A stretch of DNA of 64,000 nucleotides from the NCBI GenBank assembly GCA_030826885.1, contig JAUUDF010000018.1, forward strand, positions 415-64,414, given 5' to 3'. Numbering within the stretch: the stretch's first letter is position 1; each line of letters opens with the position of its first letter. Under the pieces are notes generated by a model. That model made no database searches. It was not told the origin of the DNA and saw only the letters and a list, made by a program, of their open reading frames with translations. Source of the DNA: Sulfurovum sp. GTDB taxonomy: Bacteria > Campylobacterota > Campylobacteria > Campylobacterales > Sulfurovaceae. A program made the translations under genes and the position numbers. Positions 52,764-62,530 of the stretch are shown here, one piece after another.

Positions 52764-53390
52764 GTGGCCGAAGCGATGATTGTATGCTGTCATGAATGTG
52801 ATGAACTCGTCAAGGTCTCAAACCCGCATCGTGAAGGTCGTTTTAAATGTCCCAACTGCGGCTCGCTGCTTTTTCGTCACAGAAAAGGGATGGTTGAAAA
52901 AATGTTTGCGCTTTCTCTTGCAGCGGCTATACTCTTTATGCTGACAAACTACTTTCCTTTTCTCTCTTTTCAGGTAGCCGGCAGTACGGCAGAAGCGAAT
53001 TTTGTTACCAGCATTGTCTATTTGTTTCAGAAACATGAGTGGCTGCTTGGGGTAGCGGTGCTGATGACTACAGTGGTGATACCGTTCATACGTATTGTCC
53101 TGATGCTCGGACTCTTCGGCCCGCTCTATTTCGGTTATCTGCCGCACTATGCTACAGTCGCGCTGAAAGTGCTGACCCACTCACTGCCGTGGGCGATGCT
53201 CGATGTTTTTCTGGTTGGGGTCTTTGTCTCCATGGTCAAACTGGTGAAGATGGGTACCATTATTCCCGGTACGTCACTCTGGGCATTCATGGTCATGGTC
53301 TTTGTCATGGCCTATATGCAGGTGACCTTCAATGCCCACGCCGTCTGGGATATGGTCGATACGAAACGAAAGCAAAGGGGGCTGGTATGA
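52764..53390 (+). CDS. pqiA: Paraquat-inducible protein A, N-terminal-type half
   Basis: CHECD...CPNCG and PWAMLDVFLVG motifs. Confidence 0.9.
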   Translation: MAEAMIVCCHECDELVKVSNPHREGRFKCPNCGSLLFRHRKGMVEKMFALSLAAAILFMLTNYFPFLSFQVAGSTAEANFVTSIVYLFQKHEWLLGVAVLMTTVVIPFIRIVLMLGLFGPLYFGYLPHYATVALKVLTHSLPWAMLDVFLVGVFVSMVKLVKMGTIIPGTSLWAFMVMVFVMAYMQVTFNAHAVWDMVDTKRKQRGLV

Positions 53391-54037
53391 GGGCCATAGA
53401 CGCGGGGCTGACAAGCTGTCACCTGTGCCACCAGATCATCAAGCTGCCTGAGGGACGAAAAGGCGGCGTACTGCACTGCCCGCGCTGTGGTGAAGCAGTA
53501 CATGTACGCAAGCCATTCAGCATCCAGTACACATGGGCGCTGGTGATTGCCAGTATCATCTTCTATATTCCTGCGAACCTGCTGCCGATGATGGAGGTAC
53601 ATACCTTTGCCGGTACACAGGCAGACACGATTCTAAGCGGGGTGCTCTATTTTCTCGAGACCGGATCGTACCTGATCGCGTCAGTGATTTTTATTGCCAG
53701 TATTGTTGTGCCCATTACGAAACTGATTATTTTGATCTATCTGCTTCTTTCTGTTCAGAAGCACAGTCACAAAAACCCGATACAACGCAAAAAGCTCTAT
53801 GTGCTTACCGAGATTATCGGAAAGTGGTCGATGGTCGATGTCTATGTCGTCGCCATTATGATTGCACTGGTCCATTTTGGCGGACTGACACAGATTGAAG
53901 CGGGAGCCGGCGCGACCTACTTTTTACTGGTTGTAATCGTTACGATGATCGCGGCAATGCAGTTTGACCCCAAACTCATCTGGGATGCAGCAGAAACTAC
54001 ACCAAAAAAGGAAACAACGTATGCACGAAACGCCTAA
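53387..54037 (+). CDS. pqiA: Paraquat-inducible protein A, C-terminal-type half
   Basis: CHLC...CPRCG, YIPANLLP, IGKWSMVD and FDPKLIWD motifs. Confidence 0.9.
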   Translation: MRAIDAGLTSCHLCHQIIKLPEGRKGGVLHCPRCGEAVHVRKPFSIQYTWALVIASIIFYIPANLLPMMEVHTFAGTQADTILSGVLYFLETGSYLIASVIFIASIVVPITKLIILIYLLLSVQKHSHKNPIQRKKLYVLTEIIGKWSMVDVYVVAIMIALVHFGGLTQIEAGAGATYFLLVVIVTMIAAMQFDPKLIWDAAETTPKKETTYARNA

Positions 54038-55604
54038 CGAAGAGACCGTTAAAGAGGCTGTATGGCAGGAGAAAAAACAGGGCATATCCACTGTATGGAT
54101 CGTTCCCATTGTCGCACTGGTTATCGGTGCGTGGCTTTTTTACCAGTCATGGAGTCAGAAAGGCCCTGAGATTGTTATTGACTTTAAGTCGGCTGCCGGA
54201 ATACAGGCGGAAAAGACGGTCATCAAGTACAAAGATGTCGTGGTGGGAAAAGTGACGGAGGTTACCTTTAACAAAGATCTCAAAAGTGTCAGGGTAAAAG
54301 CTGAGATACAGCGGAACATGAAACCCTTTTTGAGTGAAAAGACACGCTTCTGGGTCGTGCAGGCAAAACTTGGTGTAGGGAAAGTGCAGGGGCTTGATAC
54401 ACTGCTTTCGGGTGTCTACATCGTAATGGATCCGCAGAAAGGCAAGACATTCCAAAAGGAGTTTCAGGGGCTTGATCAGATACCGGTGGTCTCTTCGGGA
54501 GAGAAGGGGCGCACATTCATTCTCAAAGCGGACAACATCGGCTCTCTGAGTGTCGGATCGCCTATTTACTACAAGCATCTTAAGGCTGGAAGTATCGCCT
54601 CCTATAGGCTGGATGACGACGGCAAGCAGGTAACCATAGAGGCGTTTGTCAAATCGCCTTTCGACCGTCTTGTCAACGACAAAACCCGTTTCTTTAATGT
54701 CAGCGGTATTTCGTTGAGTATGAATGCAAACGGGGTCGATCTTGAGACGGAGTCTCTGGTATCGGTACTTATGGGGGGATTGGCGTTTGAGAACTTCATT
54801 GCCCACGGCAGAGGCAGGCCGGTGCATCAAAACCACCAGTTCAAACTCTTTAAAAACCGAAAAATGGCAAAAGAGCAGCAGTATAACCGGGTACTCTTCT
54901 TCTGGGTCTATACCGACGACTCTGTCCGGGGGCTTTCAGAAGGTGCACCTGTAGAGTTCAAAGGAGTTAAAATAGGGGAAGTGTTGCACTACTCTCTGGT
55001 AGGTGATGCCAATACGGCAGAGTTCCGTATTCCGATTCTAATCAAGATTGAACCGGAACGTTTTGAAGTGATTGGAAGAAAAGACGTTACAGACAACGGA
55101 AGAATTCCTATGTTTGAGAAACTGGTACAAAAAGGATTGCGTGCACAGCTTCAGACAGGGAATCTGCTGACGGGTGAACAGTTCATAGACCTCAATATCT
55201 ATCCGGATGCACCGCCGGCAGAAATAAGACATGAATACAACATTTATGTCATACCGTCCGTACCGACAACCATGGCATCACTTAAAACGGACTTCCAGAC
55301 GGTTGTCAAACGCGTTTCTGCCATTCCGTTCGAGGAGATCGGAACGCACCTGAACAATTCCATGGCACAGTTTGATACCCAGACGCTTCCAACGATCAAC
55401 CAGTCGTTTGAGAAGTTTGAAACACTGATAGCCGAAACGAATGCATTGATGGCCGGTATACGAAAAAACTATGTAGATTCCAATGCAGATATCAACAAGA
55501 AAATGCTTAAACTGCTCGACGAGATGACACGCACGACCCGATCGGTCAAAAACCTCACGGACTATCTCGAACGTCATCCAGAGTCACTTTTGAAAGGAAA
55601 ATAG
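54021..55604 (+). CDS. pqiB: MCE-domain intermembrane transport protein PqiB
   Basis: WIVPIVAL, three MCE domains, GLRAQLQTGNLLTG and LERHPESLLKG. Confidence 0.93.
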   Translation: MHETPNEETVKEAVWQEKKQGISTVWIVPIVALVIGAWLFYQSWSQKGPEIVIDFKSAAGIQAEKTVIKYKDVVVGKVTEVTFNKDLKSVRVKAEIQRNMKPFLSEKTRFWVVQAKLGVGKVQGLDTLLSGVYIVMDPQKGKTFQKEFQGLDQIPVVSSGEKGRTFILKADNIGSLSVGSPIYYKHLKAGSIASYRLDDDGKQVTIEAFVKSPFDRLVNDKTRFFNVSGISLSMNANGVDLETESLVSVLMGGLAFENFIAHGRGRPVHQNHQFKLFKNRKMAKEQQYNRVLFFWVYTDDSVRGLSEGAPVEFKGVKIGEVLHYSLVGDANTAEFRIPILIKIEPERFEVIGRKDVTDNGRIPMFEKLVQKGLRAQLQTGNLLTGEQFIDLNIYPDAPPAEIRHEYNIYVIPSVPTTMASLKTDFQTVVKRVSAIPFEEIGTHLNNSMAQFDTQTLPTINQSFEKFETLIAETNALMAGIRKNYVDSNADINKKMLKLLDEMTRTTRSVKNLTDYLERHPESLLKGK

Positions 55605-56180
55605 ATGAAACAGACAGTATGGTGTATTGCAGCGGCACTGTTACTTGCAGGGTGCAGCAGCAAATCGAACTTTTACCAGATGCATCCAAAAGAGGTGAAA
55701 GAGCACGGCAGTGTTACTGCTTTGAAAAAAACGGTTATTGGTATAGAAGAGGTAGATGTAGCGGAGTATCTTGACAAGCCACAGATCATGACACGCCTTT
55801 CAGCCGAGAGGCTGCAGCTGCATGAGACGGAGCGCTGGGCGGAAGGTTTTGACAAAAATGTCCAAAGTGTTCTTGCATATGACCTTTCAGTGATGCTGCC
55901 GTATTACACTTTCCTGATCCGTCCATGGAGTGAGCCTGTTGAAGATAAATACCGAATATATGTGCGTATAGACCGATTTGACGGAGACAGTAACGGTACG
56001 GTAACAGTGGATGGACGCTGGAGTCTGGTAGAGGTTGAAGAGCGAAAGTCTCTTGTTTCGGAAAAGATACACATGCAGCAACAGGGTACACCGACCATCG
56101 ATGGTATTGTAGCAACACAAAGCAGACTGCTTGAGAAATTGAGCAGACATATGGCAAAGCGCATACGAACGAAGATATAA
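55605..56180 (+). CDS. pqiC: PqiC lipoprotein
   Basis: Lipobox LAGC, YLDKPQI, RWAE and RFDG motifs. Confidence 0.88.
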   Translation: MKQTVWCIAAALLLAGCSSKSNFYQMHPKEVKEHGSVTALKKTVIGIEEVDVAEYLDKPQIMTRLSAERLQLHETERWAEGFDKNVQSVLAYDLSVMLPYYTFLIRPWSEPVEDKYRIYVRIDRFDGDSNGTVTVDGRWSLVEVEERKSLVSEKIHMQQQGTPTIDGIVATQSRLLEKLSRHMAKRIRTKI

Positions 56181-56313
56181 GGCAATATCCTAATGGTGGA
56201 ATGTGAAGAATTTTTAAATGGGTTGGTTATCAATAGGGTGCAAAAGTAAAAAAGCAAAAGACTATTAAAGCTTTGAAATAACGCAGTTTAGAGAAATTGT
56301 AAGTCATTATGGG

Positions 56314-56390
56314 TGGTGGGTCCTCCGAGACTCGAACTCGGGACCGCCCGGTTATGAGCCGGGAGCTCTAACCAACTGAGCTAAAGACCC
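56314..56390 (-). tRNA. tRNA with CAT anticodon, most likely tRNA-Ile2 (lysidine)
   Basis: GGGTCTTTAGCTCAGTTGGTTAGAGCTCCCGGCTCATAACCGGGCGGTCCCGAGTTCGAGTCTCGGAGGACCCACCA folds as a cloverleaf with CCA; lacks the initiator C1:A72 mismatch. Confidence 0.92.
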
Positions 56391-56410
56391 TTTGGTTGTA
56401 TGAAAGAAGA

Positions 56411-57550
56411 TTAGTGAAAATCTTTTGTCTGCATGACAATTTTTGCGTCGGAAGTATATCGACTATAGTCTTTGAAAGCAATTAAATTTTCCAAAATCCC
56501 AAAGAGGACGGCGAAAATAATGAACGAGGTGCCCCCATGGCTGAACATGGGTAGCGGAAGACCAACTACGGGTGCTAGACCGATGATCATGAAGATGTTG
56601 ACACCCATATAGACGAAAAAAAGAAATGCCAGTCCTCCGGCAAAGGTTTTGATGTAATAATCTTCCTTGTGTTTCCATGAAATATAGAGCAGGTTGAAAA
56701 TGAGCAGAATGTAGAGTCCAATGACCGTGAGCATTCCTTTAAAGCCCAGTCGTTCACCCAGATAGGCAAAAATGAAGTCTGTCGAGGAGACCGGAAGGAA
56801 CTTTAGCTGGGTCTGGGTAGCCTCTTCCTTCTGTTTGCCCTCCATACCGCCGCTGCCAATGGCAATGAGTGCCTGTCGTACCTGATAGCTCGGTTTGTTG
56901 AGCATGTCGTGGATACGCTTTTTCTGGTAGGGTTTCAGACCGTATTCGTAAATAACCGGGGCACCGGCACCGGCAAGTATGAGCAGTGTCAGCCAGATTT
57001 TCCAGTCGACCCCGATCAGAAAGAGAATCCCGTAGCCGGTGATAAGCAGTACCAGTGCGGTTCCCAGGTCCGGTTCTTTGGCAATGATGAGAAAGGGAAT
57101 GACAATGACGAGTGAAAGTTTAATAAACTGAAAGAGTCCGTAGCCCTTTTCCGGTGGTGGTCGTTTGCTGATGAGGTAGGCAAGCAGCATGATGACGTTG
57201 ACCTTGATGAACTCCGAGGGTTGAATGGTGAGGTGGATGCCCGGAATCTCTATCCACCGTTTGGCACCGAGGATACTTTTACCCACAAACTCTACCGCAA
57301 TGAGCAGTCCGAGATTGGCAAGGTAGAAAAGCGGTGCGAACCACCACATTATGCGCCGCCACGGAATGAATGCCACAATGACAAAAGCGATGAATGCCAG
57401 AAAATAGTAGACCATCTGTTTATTAAAGAGTTTCAGACTGATCTCATGGATAAGAAAAGAGGAGATGGCGAAAATGGGCAGCAGTTGGATGATGAGTGAG
57501 TAGGAGAACCGTTTAAAAACCTGTTTGTCAAAATTGAACCAGCCGTCCAT
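56411..57550 (-). CDS. rodA: Rod shape-determining SEDS protein RodA
   Basis: GAKRWI, QPSEFIK, PDLGT, TDFIFA and GLPLPMFSHGGTS motifs. Confidence 0.92.
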   Translation of the reverse strand: MDGWFNFDKQVFKRFSYSLIIQLLPIFAISSFLIHEISLKLFNKQMVYYFLAFIAFVIVAFIPWRRIMWWFAPLFYLANLGLLIAVEFVGKSILGAKRWIEIPGIHLTIQPSEFIKVNVIMLLAYLISKRPPPEKGYGLFQFIKLSLVIVIPFLIIAKEPDLGTALVLLITGYGILFLIGVDWKIWLTLLILAGAGAPVIYEYGLKPYQKKRIHDMLNKPSYQVRQALIAIGSGGMEGKQKEEATQTQLKFLPVSSTDFIFAYLGERLGFKGMLTVIGLYILLIFNLLYISWKHKEDYYIKTFAGGLAFLFFVYMGVNIFMIIGLAPVVGLPLPMFSHGGTSFIIFAVLFGILENLIAFKDYSRYTSDAKIVMQTKDFH

Positions 57551-57617
57551 AAAGTATCTACTCCGCCATCTGATAAATTTTGGATATTATATCGTAAAGA
57601 TTTAAGAAAGGAGCCGT

Positions 57618-58382
57618 ATGGTCCCACTTTACCGTTTTGCACAGTTTGATGCTTTTGACTCCTGTATGCATGGTATTTCACGCAAATTAGAAGAAAGTCA
57701 CTGTGGTTTTTCACAGGCACTGCATACAGGTGAACCCGCCGAAGTTATAGTCAAAAACCGTACAAGACTCGAAACATATTTTAATCATGAGGGTGCCACG
57801 CAGTTTGTATTGGCCGAGCAGACACACAGCGATCATGTCACGTGTATTACTGAGGTGTTGACGAGAGGATGGGAGAAGATGGAGGATGCCGTTGCAGATA
57901 CCGATGCACTTGTTTGTAACATTCCCGGTGTGATGATAGGGGTATTGACGGCCGATTGTGTGCCGGTGTTGCTGTTTGATCCGGTGGAAAAGGTAGTGGC
58001 AGCGGTACATGCCGGCTGGAGAGGCACACAAAAAAGGATTGTTGCCAAAACAGTCAAGAGGATGCAGGAAGAGTACGGATCCTTGCCTTCAAACATTATC
58101 GCAGGCATTGGGCCGGCGATAGGTGGATGCTGCTATGAGGTAGGAGAAGAGGTTGCCTCGCATTTTTTGACATATGGAAAAAGTGCGGTCATGCCAAATG
58201 CGGAAAAGTTCATGCTTGATCTGCCGCAGATAAACAAGTTTCAGCTAATGGAAGCAGGTTTGCAGAAGGAGCATATATCGCTCAGTGGCATCTGTACAGC
58301 CTGCGAGAATACAGACTACTTCTCCTACCGTAAAGAGAACGGATGCAGTGGACGGTTTTTGAGTATGATAGGTGTGAGATGA
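57618..58382 (+). CDS. pgeF: Peptidoglycan editing factor / YfiH family protein
   Basis: QTHS, TADCVPVL, HAGWRG, GPAIGGCCYEV and FSYR motifs. Confidence 0.93.
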   Translation: MVPLYRFAQFDAFDSCMHGISRKLEESHCGFSQALHTGEPAEVIVKNRTRLETYFNHEGATQFVLAEQTHSDHVTCITEVLTRGWEKMEDAVADTDALVCNIPGVMIGVLTADCVPVLLFDPVEKVVAAVHAGWRGTQKRIVAKTVKRMQEEYGSLPSNIIAGIGPAIGGCCYEVGEEVASHFLTYGKSAVMPNAEKFMLDLPQINKFQLMEAGLQKEHISLSGICTACENTDYFSYRKENGCSGRFLSMIGVR

Positions 58383-58395
58383 GTCACCCTACGGC

Positions 58396-59103
58396 TTACC
58401 GAAACAGATCCGTTTCAGTATCACAAGTGAGTGTCATTTCATAGACCCACTGTTGCAGATCATACATATCTCTATAAATGTTAAAGTTTCGTTCTATAAT
58501 CGCTTCGGAATGGAAAGTCTCGTCCGGCGGGAAGGTTGTGTAGGCATAGATGCTCCCCATACGGTAGAGATAGCTGTGGGTATAATTTGCATCACACTCT
58601 CTTGGCATGCGTTTGTATTTGGGCTCGGGGATCTGATAGCCTTTGGCTTTGAGTGTTTCGAGAATGGTATGTAGCTCGGTACGCTTCTGGTCGTTTTGGA
58701 TGTAGGCACGATAGGCTTTGAGCAGTGTAGGTTTGAAGTTACGTATACCGGTAGCTACAAAAACCTCGTAAGGATCGTAGTGCATATAGAAGCTGCTGCT
58801 TTGCATCCGGTGACCACTGCCCTGCCAGAAGATAATGCCGATGCGCTCTTTGATGGGATCAGCGAGATGAAACCGTGCGTCACGGTAGATACGAAAGAGT
58901 GAACGGTTGATCTTGGGCTCGGCATGGATGGTAGGCACAAGGATCTGCAGATGCTCACCCATCTCCTCGACATAGGCTTTGTTGGGTGCGACGATGTAGC
59001 GCTCATACGACTCTTTATTGGCATCGAGCCACTCTTTGGAGTTGTTGAGAATGATCTGCTCCAAGAATGCCAGTCCTTCCTTTGGAAAACCGTGAAATGC
59101 CAT
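58396..59103 (-). CDS. DUF2461 family protein
   Basis: NNSKEWL..NK..Y and FRIYRDARF motifs. Confidence 0.88.
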   Translation of the reverse strand: MAFHGFPKEGLAFLEQIILNNSKEWLDANKESYERYIVAPNKAYVEEMGEHLQILVPTIHAEPKINRSLFRIYRDARFHLADPIKERIGIIFWQGSGHRMQSSSFYMHYDPYEVFVATGIRNFKPTLLKAYRAYIQNDQKRTELHTILETLKAKGYQIPEPKYKRMPRECDANYTHSYLYRMGSIYAYTTFPPDETFHSEAIIERNFNIYRDMYDLQQWVYEMTLTCDTETDLFR

Positions 59104-59113
59104 TGTAGTTCCT

Positions 59114-60343
59114 CTATGCCAGAGTGCTTTCTACTTCCAGTGTGGCATCCGCTTCAAGCTCCATCACCTGCCACGGAAGTCCCTGAGTGTTGAGCTCCTC
59201 CATGAACGGATCGGGGTCGAACTCTTCCATATTGTGGACACCCTCTTCGTACCACTTTTTCTCAAGCATCAGCTTGGCACCGATCATTGCCGGCACCCCG
59301 GTAGTGTAGCTGACTGCCTGGCTCATGACCTCTTCGTAGCACTTCTCATGATCGCTGACCTGATAGATGTAGACGGTTTTGGCTTTGCCGTCTTTGATGC
59401 CTTTGACAAAGACACCGATATTGGTTTTGCCTTTGGTACGCGGTCCGAGGCTGGCGGGGTCTGGCAGGAGGGTTTTGAGAAATTCGATGGGAACGATCTG
59501 CTGCCCCTGATGTTCTACGGGTTCGATACCCAGCATGCCGACATTTTCCAGTACCTTCATATGGGTAAGGTAACTCTCGCCAAAGGTCATAAAGAAGCGG
59601 ATACGTTTGAGATGGGGGATATTTTTGACCAGTGACTCCATCTCTTCGTGGTAGAGCAGGTAGCTGTCTTTGGGGCCGATTTCGGGGTAGTCCCATACCT
59701 GTTTGATCTGCATGGGCTCTGTCTCTATCCATTGCCCCTCTTCCCAGTAGCGCCCTTTGGCACTGACTTCACGCAGGTTGATTTCGGGGTTGAAGTTGGT
59801 TGCAAAGGGGTAGCCGTGATCACCGGCGTTGCAGTCGAGGATATCGATAGTATGGATCTCGTCAAAGTAGTGCTTCTGTGCATAGGCGACAAAGACGTTG
59901 GTCACACCCGGATCAAACCCGCTGCCAAGCAGTCCCATGATGTGCTGCTCTCTAAAGAGCTGGTCACGCGCCCACTGCTCCTTGTACTCAAACTTCGCCT
60001 CATCGGGATGCTCGTAGTTGGCAGTATCGAGGTAGTCTGTCTGTGTCGCGGCACATGCATCCATGATGGTCAGATCCTGATAGGGCAGGGCGACATTGAT
60101 GACGATATCGGCATCGACCTTCCTGATGAGCGAGACAAGTTCCTCGACGCTGTCCGCATCGACCTGTGCCGTATGGATGGCAACACCGGTTTTGGCTTTG
60201 ACATTCTCAGCGATGGCATCACATTTGCTCTTGGTACGGCTGGCAAGCGTGATCTTTCCGAATGTATCGGCATTCATCGCACACTTGAACGCCACGACAT
60301 TGCCGACCCCGCCGGCACCGATGATGAGGGTTTTGTTTGGCAT
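59114..60343 (-). CDS. Carboxy(nor)spermidine dehydrogenase (saccharopine dehydrogenase family)
   Basis: IGAGGVG, NVALPYQDL, YLDTANYE, GFDPG, ATNFNPEIN and QAVSYTTGVPA motifs. Confidence 0.93.
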   Translation of the reverse strand: MPNKTLIIGAGGVGNVVAFKCAMNADTFGKITLASRTKSKCDAIAENVKAKTGVAIHTAQVDADSVEELVSLIRKVDADIVINVALPYQDLTIMDACAATQTDYLDTANYEHPDEAKFEYKEQWARDQLFREQHIMGLLGSGFDPGVTNVFVAYAQKHYFDEIHTIDILDCNAGDHGYPFATNFNPEINLREVSAKGRYWEEGQWIETEPMQIKQVWDYPEIGPKDSYLLYHEEMESLVKNIPHLKRIRFFMTFGESYLTHMKVLENVGMLGIEPVEHQGQQIVPIEFLKTLLPDPASLGPRTKGKTNIGVFVKGIKDGKAKTVYIYQVSDHEKCYEEVMSQAVSYTTGVPAMIGAKLMLEKKWYEEGVHNMEEFDPDPFMEELNTQGLPWQVMELEADATLEVESTLA

Positions 60344-60388
60344 GAAAACTCCTTGAAAATAGTGGGGTTATTTTAGCATAATTTGTTG

Positions 60389-61306
60389 CTAGATGAGATA
60401 GAAATGGTCGATAATCCAGACAAATACAAAGAGCACCGGAACAAAAAGCAGTGTACTGATGAGGATCAGTGCGGTGACATCCTGTGGGCGGCAGTCGTAG
60501 AGGGAGGCAAGGTTGATGTTGGCTACAGCAAGCGGGGTGATCATCTCCATGAGGATGATCGCCTGTACGGTTGGGGGCAGCGTGCTTAGAGAGAGGATAA
60601 ATGCCGACAGCAGCGGGACGAAGAGAAACTTTTGTGAGAGGGTACCGACGAAGAGTTTGGGGTGGACTTCACGGATTTTAATACCGTAGAGGAAGGTACC
60701 GAGCAAAAAGAGCTGCAGGACGATACCGCTGTAGGCGCCCATCTTGAAAAACTCCAGTATCTGTGGTGGCAAAATCATTCCTGAGAGGTTAATCATCATG
60801 GCAACAAGCGAAGCGGGGATGATGGGGATTTTGATGATGTTCAGCAGTGAGGTTTTGATATCGAACGAACCACGCGAGTAGATGTAGGTGCCGATGATAT
60901 AGACCACGAATACATTAGCAAGATTGATCAGTGTGGTGTAGATGACACTCTGCTCTCCAAACAGAGCGATGCCCAGTGGGATGCCGATATTGCCGGTGTT
61001 CCCTACAAAGCCTGCGATGGCAAAGATGGAGCGCTCTTTGGGGTCATCAAAAAGCATTTTGGCGATAAAGACGGAGGGAATGAGCAGAATGAGGATGATC
61101 CCAAAATAGATTCCTACCACATAGAGGTGCTCCAGATGCAGTGTCGCCGTACTAAAGCCCCATACACTGACAAAAGGCTGCATGAAATAGACCGACATAA
61201 GTGTCAGTGTTTTGGGGTCGATACGCTCTTTGAATATGCGTTTGGCCAGATAGCCAAGTGCAATAAACACATAGACAAAAAGAATAGAGAGGAGTGTCGC
61301 TTTCAT
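60389..61306 (-). CDS. AEC (auxin efflux carrier) family transporter
   Basis: GNTGNIGIPL motif and about 10 TM helices. Confidence 0.88.
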   Translation of the reverse strand: MKATLLSILFVYVFIALGYLAKRIFKERIDPKTLTLMSVYFMQPFVSVWGFSTATLHLEHLYVVGIYFGIILILLIPSVFIAKMLFDDPKERSIFAIAGFVGNTGNIGIPLGIALFGEQSVIYTTLINLANVFVVYIIGTYIYSRGSFDIKTSLLNIIKIPIIPASLVAMMINLSGMILPPQILEFFKMGAYSGIVLQLFLLGTFLYGIKIREVHPKLFVGTLSQKFLFVPLLSAFILSLSTLPPTVQAIILMEMITPLAVANINLASLYDCRPQDVTALILISTLLFVPVLFVFVWIIDHFYLI

Positions 61307-61379
61307 GGAAAGCATTATAGCCTAGAATCTATAGCGTCAGCCTTTGGAAAGGAAGTTCCAAAGGCATATTAGGAGAGAA

Positions 61380-61814
61380 CTATTCGAGGTCGAAAGCAGC
61401 CTCTGATGCCCATTTTGTGAGAAGCTCTTTGTCGGCATCAGAGAGTTTTGCATCTTGATGGATGAGCAGGTAGCTTGGCAGCGGCATTTTGCTTTTGATC
61501 GCCTTGGGGATCTTTTCAAGGTACTTCAGTTTCTTCTCGTCATCATAGCTTGCCCATGTTGAGAAGTTCATGTGTTCACGCCCTTCCTTGACATGCATTT
61601 TGGTAAACCAGGATGCCGGTGCAATGTTGCTGTACCATGGGAATTTCGTATGGTTTGAATGACAGTCGAAGCAGCTGCGTTTGAGTACTGCCATGACATC
61701 TTCCGGAGCCTGAAGCTCATCTTCGGCCTTTGTAGGCACCTCTGCGGGAACATTCATCGGAATGAACTGTATCCCTACCAAAACCAGTAGTGTGATGATT
61801 AGTAACTTTTTCAT
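61380..61814 (-). CDS. Haem-binding (Haem_bd) c-type cytochrome domain protein
   Basis: SCFDCHS, PWYS..AP.SW, GREHMNFS and MPLPSY...H motifs. Confidence 0.88.
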   Translation of the reverse strand: MKKLLIITLLVLVGIQFIPMNVPAEVPTKAEDELQAPEDVMAVLKRSCFDCHSNHTKFPWYSNIAPASWFTKMHVKEGREHMNFSTWASYDDEKKLKYLEKIPKAIKSKMPLPSYLLIHQDAKLSDADKELLTKWASEAAFDLE

Positions 61815-61924
61815 ACATAGCATTATATATTATGAAACTTAATAGAGCAAAAGAGAAATATATAATGAATATTATGATTAATGAAACTTTGGTATGATTT
61901 CTTACTTTAAATGCAGGACGGCTT

Positions 61925-62479
61925 ATGGACTTTTCATCACTGGAGACGTGGGGCTATTTGGCAGTTGCCTTTTTTTCCTTTGGCGGCTCTTTTTTCATTG
62001 TGGCTGCGGCAGGTGTATTCTCCTACATGGGCCATATGGATCTGGGTGTTGCACTCGCAGTAGCGGCAGTAGCAAATTTTATGGGAGACAATTTTCTTTT
62101 TTACCTCGGAAAGTATCAGAAAAAAGAGGTGATGCCCTATTTTAAAAAACACAAAAGAAAACTCGCCCTTGCGACACTGATTATGCGAAAGTACGGTGTG
62201 CTGGCGATCTTCATTCAGAAGTTTATTTATGGGGTGAAAACACTGGTGCCCATCTCCATGGCACTCTCTAAGTATGACTTTAAAAAGTTTGTTTTCTTTA
62301 ATTTCTTTGCGTCCATTCTGTTTGTCTGTGTCATTGGGCTGAGTGCCTACTATGCCAGTGAACCGATTATTGCTTTTTTTGAGATGATCAAACAAAGACC
62401 GTGGCTTGCTCCTATGTTTGCAGTGGTCATACTGGGCGGTTTGTGGTTTTTGATGGTGAGAATGACAAGAAGGAAATAG
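61925..62479 (+). CDS. DedA family membrane protein
   Basis: GDNFLFYLGK and FIQKFIYGVKT motifs. Confidence 0.88.
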   Translation: MDFSSLETWGYLAVAFFSFGGSFFIVAAAGVFSYMGHMDLGVALAVAAVANFMGDNFLFYLGKYQKKEVMPYFKKHKRKLALATLIMRKYGVLAIFIQKFIYGVKTLVPISMALSKYDFKKFVFFNFFASILFVCVIGLSAYYASEPIIAFFEMIKQRPWLAPMFAVVILGGLWFLMVRMTRRK

Positions 62480-62490
62480 GTTTTGTCTGT

Positions 62491-62517
62491 ATCGGTGTTA
62501 TGATAGATAACACCGAT
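62491..62517. terminator. Hairpin between convergent dedA and aminotransferase genes
   Basis: Perfect 11-bp stem ATCGGTGTTAT-gatag-ATAACACCGAT. Confidence 0.65.
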
Positions 62518-62530
62518 GTGAAGAAAATGA

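Noticed and set aside
45000-56313. Integrative element at the tRNA 3' end
   Set aside because: No integrase and no duplicated tRNA 3' end (att site) were seen
23399-60343. Separated nspC and CASDH genes as an anomaly
   Set aside because: This is the known alternative spermidine pathway, and the genes need not be adjacent
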